Virus record (IMG/VR): IMGVR_UViG_3300037247_001890
Location: 105,275 to 169,274 of that record
Direction: 5' to 3' (one strand)
DNA: 64,000 nucleotides
Source of the DNA: a virus
Shown: positions 57,551 to 64,000 of the stretch, one piece after another
How positions within the stretch are numbered: the stretch's first letter is position 1
How the letters are laid out: each line of letters starts with the position of its first letter
Position numbers and translations under genes: made by a program
The notes under the pieces: model-generated
Database searches by the model: none
What the model was told of the DNA's origin: nothing
What the model saw: only the letters and a program-made list of their open reading frames with translations

Positions 57551-57922
57551 TTAACTCCACAAAGGTACTAATACATCTGGTCTTTTTTTACCAAGAATTT
57601 TTGAGTTGTATTTTCTTTGTGCTGTTCTTGTTTGAACATTTAACATCGTGCCTTGGAAAGGAGAAGTTGTAGAAGCCATCTTTTTAATAATAGATTGGGT
57701 TCTTTTAATTTCATTGTGTATGTCTGTTTTTCTCTGTAATACCTTCGGAGAATAAAATAAATCTGGCTTAGTGTGTTTTAATTTTAGAAGTCTATTTCTT
57801 CTTAATTCCAATTGGGTTCTTTTACCCATGACCCCTTCTACGTCAGTAGCCCCTGCTTTGACTGTTTTTATAAGTGATTCTATACCTGATTTCCAACCTG
57901 CCTGTTTCTCAAAATATTTCAT
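57551..57922 (-). CDS. basic hypothetical protein with MKYFEK N-terminus
   Basis: 123-aa ORF in the operon. Confidence 0.65.
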   Translation of the reverse strand: MKYFEKQAGWKSGIESLIKTVKAGATDVEGVMGKRTQLELRRNRLLKLKHTKPDLFYSPKVLQRKTDIHNEIKRTQSIIKKMASTTSPFQGTMLNVQTRTAQRKYNSKILGKKRPDVLVPLWS

Positions 57923-57924
57923 AA

Positions 57925-58719
57925 TTATCCTAATTGTGCTGTTAAATCGTATCTATAAATTAAATCTGCCTTTGATACCGTCTTTGCTCTTACATTTTGC
58001 ATAATGGTGTAAATTCCTTTTTGTAAACGATTCACTGGACTTTCTATTAAGTATCTTTCTCCATGCTCGTCAATTATATAATCACCGGGTATTACATCTA
58101 CGGTATTTTGTAATTTGAATAATACGTTTGTATCATGCCATGTACCAAATAAATTGATCATTTGTCGGCTAGGCTTATCAGAACGCATTCCACGTATAGT
58201 CATCGGCTTGAAATAGCCACCTTCTATAGCAGTACCATAGCAAAAAGGACAATTCTCATCCCTGGGTTCTTGGGTTATTGGGTCAATACAAACACAATAG
58301 TTACCCCACGTACGCTTCTTCAAAATATAAAAAACTCTGGTTTTATAACGCGGATTCTCAAAAAAGTTAGTATAAGTTCGTAAAATATAATTTGCTGCAT
58401 AGTCCGGTTCTGATCGCATAACGTAAGGACCAAATAATGAGGTTTCCAACGTACTTGTATTTCTTGCATCTAAGTAATAATAAATCTGACGATTTACAGA
58501 ATAATCCATTCTTTCCAGACCACTATCAACATATATTGCGTCTATAGATTCCACTCCGGATAAAACAACTTCAAACTCAGAAAGTTCGCCAGGAGCTTCT
58601 GCACGGTATATATCTAGGACATATAAATTCAAATCCTCGTGGGTTGGAACTACTTCCCATTGTATTCTTCTATTTCCTAATCCTAGAGTATCTACCTTGA
58701 CATTTTCTAGTTCAATCAT
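57925..58719 (-). CDS. putative neck/head-closure protein with Zn finger
   Basis: CVCIDP...CPFCYGTAIEGGY; position in the neck module. Confidence 0.6.
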   Translation of the reverse strand: MIELENVKVDTLGLGNRRIQWEVVPTHEDLNLYVLDIYRAEAPGELSEFEVVLSGVESIDAIYVDSGLERMDYSVNRQIYYYLDARNTSTLETSLFGPYVMRSEPDYAANYILRTYTNFFENPRYKTRVFYILKKRTWGNYCVCIDPITQEPRDENCPFCYGTAIEGGYFKPMTIRGMRSDKPSRQMINLFGTWHDTNVLFKLQNTVDVIPGDYIIDEHGERYLIESPVNRLQKGIYTIMQNVRAKTVSKADLIYRYDLTAQLG

Positions 58720-58722
58720 TTA

Positions 58723-59490
58723 TTAATACCATCTATCTATATAGCCCATCGGAGATTCTATACTTCCGTAAGCAGAATCTATGTTGATGCTTCTTTTAAT
58801 ATCGATTATTTGTCGCATGTATTTGTTTATAAATACATTAAACAAATTTACATATCGACCATATGTATCAAAATCCTGAACTGTTACACCACCGGTATCC
58901 TGATAAGTAAGCATATTTCTGGCTGATAGAATTCCTTTACCCATAAGAATTTGGATTACCACGCCGTCAATTAATACACTTTTGCTCGGAAAATCTGATA
59001 AGACATAAGTAGTGGCATATCCTGTTGTATTAAAGTAATCTATTGATTTTTGAATATAATCATTAAGTTCCTCATCAGTAGTCTCTTGTTTTTGTATTAA
59101 TACATTTAGATCTACTTTATCACCATTGAAATTCCTAATTCTATTTCGCATATAAGACAAAGTTCCTAAATCAAGTACTTGGAACTCTCCCTCTGAAATA
59201 GTATATGTTTTATTCTCCGAATTGGTAAACTTGATATATGCTATGTATATATCCGGATCCATAGATGATGTATCAGCAGGCAATACGTGTATATCTGCCA
59301 AACCCGCCTCTGCATCAGTAATTTCTATTTGTGTTGGATCTGCACTTGTCTTAGAAAATATTGCTTTGGCTCGCCAATCAGTAACAGTGAAAGCCAATTC
59401 CCCACCACTAAGGTTTATTATCTGATCATCTTGATCTGTGACTTCAAGTCCAAACGACTTGTCGTCACCTTTGTAGACACTAATATTCAT
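58723..59490 (-). CDS. BppU-like N-terminal domain fused to a putative head-tail adaptor domain
   Basis: YKGDDKSFGLEVTDQ...INLSG...LPADTSSMDP; C-terminal RNMLTYQDTGG. Confidence 0.55.
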   Translation of the reverse strand: MNISVYKGDDKSFGLEVTDQDDQIINLSGGELAFTVTDWRAKAIFSKTSADPTQIEITDAEAGLADIHVLPADTSSMDPDIYIAYIKFTNSENKTYTISEGEFQVLDLGTLSYMRNRIRNFNGDKVDLNVLIQKQETTDEELNDYIQKSIDYFNTTGYATTYVLSDFPSKSVLIDGVVIQILMGKGILSARNMLTYQDTGGVTVQDFDTYGRYVNLFNVFINKYMRQIIDIKRSINIDSAYGSIESPMGYIDRWY

Positions 59491-59742
59491 TTATTTATCT
59501 ACCTTACCTTTTATTGTTTCTCTTTCTACAATGGTTGTTTTTATCGTATCTTGAGACTCTTTTTTTCCTGCAACACTTTCTGTGTTGTCTATCTTACCAA
59601 CTACTTCTGGTTCCATTGCAATAATGGCTTTTACATCAACTTCTGATATAATTCTACCTTCTATAGATTCAACTATGTTTATAACTGGAAAACCTGGCCC
59701 ACCACCGCCTGCTACTCCCATCCCCCTGGTAATCAAGCTCAT
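59491..59742 (-). CDS. small virion-associated hypothetical protein
   Basis: 83 aa starting MSLITRGMG. Confidence 0.55.
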   Translation of the reverse strand: MSLITRGMGVAGGGGPGFPVINIVESIEGRIISEVDVKAIIAMEPEVVGKIDNTESVAGKKESQDTIKTTIVERETIKGKVDK

Positions 59743-61061
59743 TATACTCTTTGCCTGTCATATATAGCCGTCATTGCCGGGTCACCTGCTTCATCAAATA
59801 AATCGAATCTCATAATTTCACTAATATTGTCTTCTTCATAAAAAATCATTTGGTTACTTTCTATTCTCCATCTACCCGTTTCTATTTGTTTTATTAAATC
59901 AGTATCAGTTAACAATTGAGCACCGCTGGCATGTACCCAAACTCCTTCTGCAATTGTATCAATACAAATAAAAGCATGTGGATCCACTGTTGTGCCTACG
60001 GAATTGTCTGTTAAATGACCTACACCTCTTACTACAATATCTCCGTTAGTAACAGTAGAATCTAAAATAACATGTCCACTATTAATATCCAAACTTACAC
60101 TTTCAATTCCTGTCTTATTTATTATTTTTATTCCGCCATTATAATTTCTAAAAGACAATTCTTGTCCGGAACCTCCCATATCTATTATAGGCGTGTCCGT
60201 TCCCGGTACTCCGGACCAGCAATTTAGAAAATGTGCCATCTCTGATCCACCTAGCACTATGGTTCCAGCTGATAATACACATGATTCTACAAACCCATGT
60301 ATATAATCAAGATTATTTACTAAACAATTTTTAAGTCTTGCATTGCCATCTAATATACCACCTATAGCAGCGTCATAAAATTCACAATTTAAAACATTGG
60401 CACCAGCCGAAATAGTTAACAAAGTTTTACTCTGGGATTCACCTATAAAAATCATTCCAGAATAATCGCCGCTAGTATCTATTGTCAAATCACCAAGGAC
60501 ATGAATTGTATTAAAACCGCGTTCAGTTGCTATTGTCATAGCATCTGTTAAATTATTTACTGGTTGTTGTAATGTTCCACGTGGATAATCCGTTCCGGCA
60601 CCACCATTCACTACATCTAAAGTAACACCGCCTCCAAAAGAAGCATACTCAATTTCAGCTTGTTGTTGAACAATAGAATCTACTAAAGAAGATACAGTAT
60701 TGATTATCATTATATTGTAAATACCAGACGTACTCACAAAAGGGGAAGTACCATCCTCAGAATAAAGATTTCCATCTACTTTAAATACGTGATCCGCTTC
60801 ATAAGGTTTTAATTTCCAACCCGAGTCCAAGAAAAAAGTGGCACCTAATGACTTTTCTCCGGGGAGATCATCTCCTCCTACAGAACGAACCGGAAAATAA
60901 AATTTGTTTAAAGCATCGTTTCCGAGCCAATCTTCCTTACCGTCAGAATACAAATCTATCTTTACATCTAAATTAACAACCCAATCCCCACCATCTAAAG
61001 TTGGGGCAGTTGTTACGTAAATAATGCGTTTATCTGTATCGTAATCAACGTGAATCCCCAT
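59742..61061 (-). CDS. putative virion structural protein with beta-helix-like region
   Basis: 439 aa, G/D/N-rich; DLYSDGKEDW; C-terminal GRWRIE. Confidence 0.6.
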   Translation of the reverse strand: MGIHVDYDTDKRIIYVTTAPTLDGGDWVVNLDVKIDLYSDGKEDWLGNDALNKFYFPVRSVGGDDLPGEKSLGATFFLDSGWKLKPYEADHVFKVDGNLYSEDGTSPFVSTSGIYNIMIINTVSSLVDSIVQQQAEIEYASFGGGVTLDVVNGGAGTDYPRGTLQQPVNNLTDAMTIATERGFNTIHVLGDLTIDTSGDYSGMIFIGESQSKTLLTISAGANVLNCEFYDAAIGGILDGNARLKNCLVNNLDYIHGFVESCVLSAGTIVLGGSEMAHFLNCWSGVPGTDTPIIDMGGSGQELSFRNYNGGIKIINKTGIESVSLDINSGHVILDSTVTNGDIVVRGVGHLTDNSVGTTVDPHAFICIDTIAEGVWVHASGAQLLTDTDLIKQIETGRWRIESNQMIFYEEDNISEIMRFDLFDEAGDPAMTAIYDRQRV

Positions 61062-61519
61062 TATTCATTATTCTTCCTTGCATAGTCTCTAGTAAGAGCA
61101 TGCATTTTGGCATCGCGCTCTTCAGGGGAGGCGTCCAATGGTACAGCAATTCTATTTAATGTATGGTCCCATTCCTCCCATACGCTCCTAAGGAGAACAG
61201 ATATTCTGAATGGATTTCCACCTTCTAAAGTCCATGTATGTCCATATTTTTCCCAACCAGTAAAACCATGAAGGGATTCTACAAATTCTTTGAATCCTTG
61301 GGGTGCATCATGTGCAGTAATAATTTCCTGATCAGGTTTATTTGTAGTTTCTTCTTCTCTTCTAAATCTCGCACACCAATATTTGGCTCTGCGACCAGTA
61401 GTGCGATCAAGCAAGCCAATCCGTTTTAGATGTTTTTCATCATCTCTTTTGGAAAGCAAATTTCCAGAAAATTCCTCGAACTCGCCTTCCTCAAAAGAAC
61501 GCAACTTCTTATCAGTCAT
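61061..61519 (-). CDS. hypothetical protein
   Basis: 152 aa, AAGGA RBS. Confidence 0.6.
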   Translation of the reverse strand: MTDKKLRSFEEGEFEEFSGNLLSKRDDEKHLKRIGLLDRTTGRRAKYWCARFRREEETTNKPDQEIITAHDAPQGFKEFVESLHGFTGWEKYGHTWTLEGGNPFRISVLLRSVWEEWDHTLNRIAVPLDASPEERDAKMHALTRDYARKNNE

Positions 61520-61529
61520 TAATTATTCC

Positions 61530-63371
61530 TTATGGATTTAGATAAGTTCTTTCATCCGGCGCGTTAACAGGGAAACTTAATCCTGTTGCCTGAGTAATAA
61601 TAAATTCTGCAAATATCCATTCTGAATCATTTAAGCCTTGAGCTACAACTACAACCGGCGCATCTTCAGAAGCAGTTCTTCCACCTTGGACATTACCGTC
61701 ATAATTAAAATCGAAAACAATATTTGTTTGATCCACTTCTCCATCAATTTCTGTAGAGGTATTATCTTCAACAATAATTGCAGAATCAGTATCGAATGGT
61801 TGTTCTTCAAGTGTTACACTATCACCAGTAGAATCATCAGTCTGGGTAATTCCTAAAGCATCTGTATAATCAACATCGGTAGCTGTTGGTGTTCCTGTAG
61901 CTACTTTCACTCCATTATTATCAGTATTAGTAACAAAACCTGCTAATGTGAAATATTGTCCAACTGACAGTGTCATACCAGTTCCAACCAGTGTTGCATT
62001 CGCTCCTGAGGCACCTGTAATTGTAAAACCAGTACCTGTTTGCTCTGCAATATTTTTAAAGTACATTACATAGCGAGTATCAGCATCTGTTTCATTTACT
62101 AAATTCGCTGAAAATATCATAGTACCAGCAGCAGTAAATGGATAAGTTCTTTCGGTAGAAGTATTTGGAACGTCTTCGGAATCAAGTCCATAAGCCGCGC
62201 CAGTTCCTGCTGTAATATCGTGAAGAACAATAGTATTGGTGATGTTAGAATCAAAATCATCAAAATTTACGCCTGGCCAGCTATGAAGTATATCACCTAC
62301 GTAATAGGCAAGACGTACAGCAACTTCACCATTCACAGTTCCATATGAATCAGTATCCGGATCAGTATTAATATCTGAAGCTTTTGTCAAAGCATTTTGA
62401 GTATATTTGTAAAGTTCATCTGCATTAGGTGCAGAGCCACCACCATTGTACTGAACAGCACGATTAAAAGCGTAATAATCAGTACCAATTTGCCTTTCTC
62501 CTGGATAAGCTACCCAAGTAGAAGTTCCACCAAAAGATGCATATGGATTAGTCTCAGTAACAACTGTTCCAGCTCCCGTACAACGAGCCCATCTCGCAGG
62601 TGAATCTCCGTCTAGAACAACATCATCAATAGCATACGTTGTCGCTTGTGCTGGTTCAAATAATGTACCAACATAATACTGCAAATCCATATCCTGGTAA
62701 GGGTCGTTGGCACCGTCAATAAATGCCTGTGTAGTTCCAGTATTTTTAATATCGTCTGCATTGGCAAGCGGGGCTCTATAAGCGATGTATGTAAGTGCAG
62801 AAAAGCCCTGTTCTGTAAGCAGGTTATAATCTGAATAAGTACGTTCCCATTCACGAAGATAAAGTTTTAAATAACCACGAAAATCACCGCCATCAAAAAC
62901 TTCAATAGCTTCATCTACAGGTCCAGTTTTATCAAAATCTGTAGTAGATTGATCAAAACCAGTTACTTGTTGATAATTACCTTGTTGTGTAGTATCATAT
63001 TGAGCACCAAGAGAAATAATACATGCTTTCTCAGAACCATCAATTTCTTGCCAACCAGCATCTCTAACAAGATCTCTTGTTTGTGCATTAGCCGGTTGCC
63101 ATCCATATTGCCAGAGAAACTTCGCTTCATAAATCGCTTTAAAAGGGAATTTAAATTTATTTAATGTTGCTTCAGTTTTCCATTCTTCTTTTAAGAACGA
63201 ATAAAGACACTGAAGCGTGACTCCAGAAGTAGAGCCCGGGCTAGTATCGTCCAAATCTCCGGCTATTCTTAGCTCAACGGTTTTAGCATCTGTATCTATT
63301 GCCACTTCTTCTGATGTAGGTGACCCAGAAAGATCTAAGGCTAGGTCATCGGGATCTACAATTTTGGCCAT
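61530..63371 (-). CDS. putative virion structural protein
   Basis: 613 aa, T/D/G-rich; GVTLQCLYSFLKEEWK. Confidence 0.65.
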   Translation of the reverse strand: MAKIVDPDDLALDLSGSPTSEEVAIDTDAKTVELRIAGDLDDTSPGSTSGVTLQCLYSFLKEEWKTEATLNKFKFPFKAIYEAKFLWQYGWQPANAQTRDLVRDAGWQEIDGSEKACIISLGAQYDTTQQGNYQQVTGFDQSTTDFDKTGPVDEAIEVFDGGDFRGYLKLYLREWERTYSDYNLLTEQGFSALTYIAYRAPLANADDIKNTGTTQAFIDGANDPYQDMDLQYYVGTLFEPAQATTYAIDDVVLDGDSPARWARCTGAGTVVTETNPYASFGGTSTWVAYPGERQIGTDYYAFNRAVQYNGGGSAPNADELYKYTQNALTKASDINTDPDTDSYGTVNGEVAVRLAYYVGDILHSWPGVNFDDFDSNITNTIVLHDITAGTGAAYGLDSEDVPNTSTERTYPFTAAGTMIFSANLVNETDADTRYVMYFKNIAEQTGTGFTITGASGANATLVGTGMTLSVGQYFTLAGFVTNTDNNGVKVATGTPTATDVDYTDALGITQTDDSTGDSVTLEEQPFDTDSAIIVEDNTSTEIDGEVDQTNIVFDFNYDGNVQGGRTASEDAPVVVVAQGLNDSEWIFAEFIITQATGLSFPVNAPDERTYLNP

Positions 63372-63403
63372 TTCTTGCTCCTTTATTTATTTTTTTTTAT
63401 TTT

Positions 63404-64000
63404 TTATGTTGGATTATAATAGTTTACGTCTAATTTTTGGTTTATTGGAATTGTCTGATCCGAATTTCCAAGTAAAATATCTAAGAGAACTATTTCCTCA
63501 TAATTTACATTCTGAATCATTATATCCACATAAGAGTCAGATACATAGCCATAAGCATATTGTGTCTGATTTCCTGTAACGCTTTCTACATGAAATTCCT
63601 CGGTCATGTCATTCTCATCCTGAATACTATAATCAAGAGTTGATGCTGTTGCAGTCAGTGCTGTATCTAAATTTAATTGTGTTGCTGAGTTTGCATAAAT
63701 ATAATAACGACCAGCATCAGCGCCTTCTTCTATTATTAATACCCTGCCTCGATATTGGTTTGTTGACCAAGATTTACTTGAATCATCAAAATCTCTGCTA
63801 TCCGCGGTTGTTTCTCCTGTTGTTCCGGTATCCTCTGCTGTGCCAAATTTCATATAGGTAACTTCACTACCATTTATTAAGTTAGAAAGATAATGATTTT
63901 TAGTGTTACTAATCGTCGTTGAAGCACTTGTCCCATTTCTATAACTTGGGGAATCACCGCCATCAATATTAAGAGTAACGGAACCACCAGAATCATTATA
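63404..64000 (-). CDS. C-terminal part of a virion protein (starts beyond the window)
   Basis: The frame of ORF 63404-63853 stays open to 64000 (YNDSGGSVTLNIDGGDSPSYRNG...). Confidence 0.7.
   Translation of the reverse strand, partial: YNDSGGSVTLNIDGGDSPSYRNGTSASTTISNTKNHYLSNLINGSEVTYMKFGTAEDTGTTGETTADSRDFDDSSKSWSTNQYRGRVLIIEEGADAGRYYIYANSATQLNLDTALTATASTLDYSIQDENDMTEEFHVESVTGNQTQYAYGYVSDSYVDIMIQNVNYEEIVLLDILLGNSDQTIPINQKLDVNYYNPT

Larger units (their letters stand above)
1..64000. mobile_element. Segment of a large myovirus-like bacteriophage genome
   Basis: Sheath, tube, baseplate and tape-measure genes plus phage-type replication genes; dense coding with many overlapping stop/start codons; no cellular housekeeping operons. 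Confidence 0.95.

Noticed and set aside
523-63861. Many short antisense or nested ORFs in the track (e.g. 9594-9974, 17395-17877, 43894-44448)
   Set aside because: They shadow longer motif-bearing genes and have no independent signals
1-64000. Stop-codon reassignment
   Set aside because: The standard code gives full-length genes and high coding density, and TAG, TGA and TAA all end genes

Overview
AT-rich 64-kb segment of a large, contractile-tailed dsDNA phage. No terminase, portal, capsid or integrase gene lies in the window. There are three blocks. (1) 1-18.2 kb, minus strand: tail, baseplate and tape-measure genes with an embedded sigma-like factor. (2) 18.3-49.8 kb, plus strand: replication and accessory genes (RNase H, SF2 helicase, primase-helicase, Sak4/SSB, RecU, class II RNR, PolA, RpoD-like sigma, kinases), including a complete Ubl-JAB-E1 ubiquitin-like cassette. 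(3) 49.8-64 kb, minus strand: tube, sheath and neck genes interleaved with a PAS-GGDEF cyclase, a LigD-phosphoesterase/ligase fusion and a glycosyltransferase. The most unusual part is 45.8-49.6 kb, which is dense in non-coding structure. A 252-aa gene is followed by a ~440-nt structured RNA whose apex is a circularly permuted, CCA-containing tRNA mimic flanked by 6-nt periodic repeats. The same region holds several more structured or pseudoknotted RNA candidates and a ~60% GC island packed with different restriction-type palindromes. All calls come from manual motif and base-pair reading; no searches or folding programs were run.
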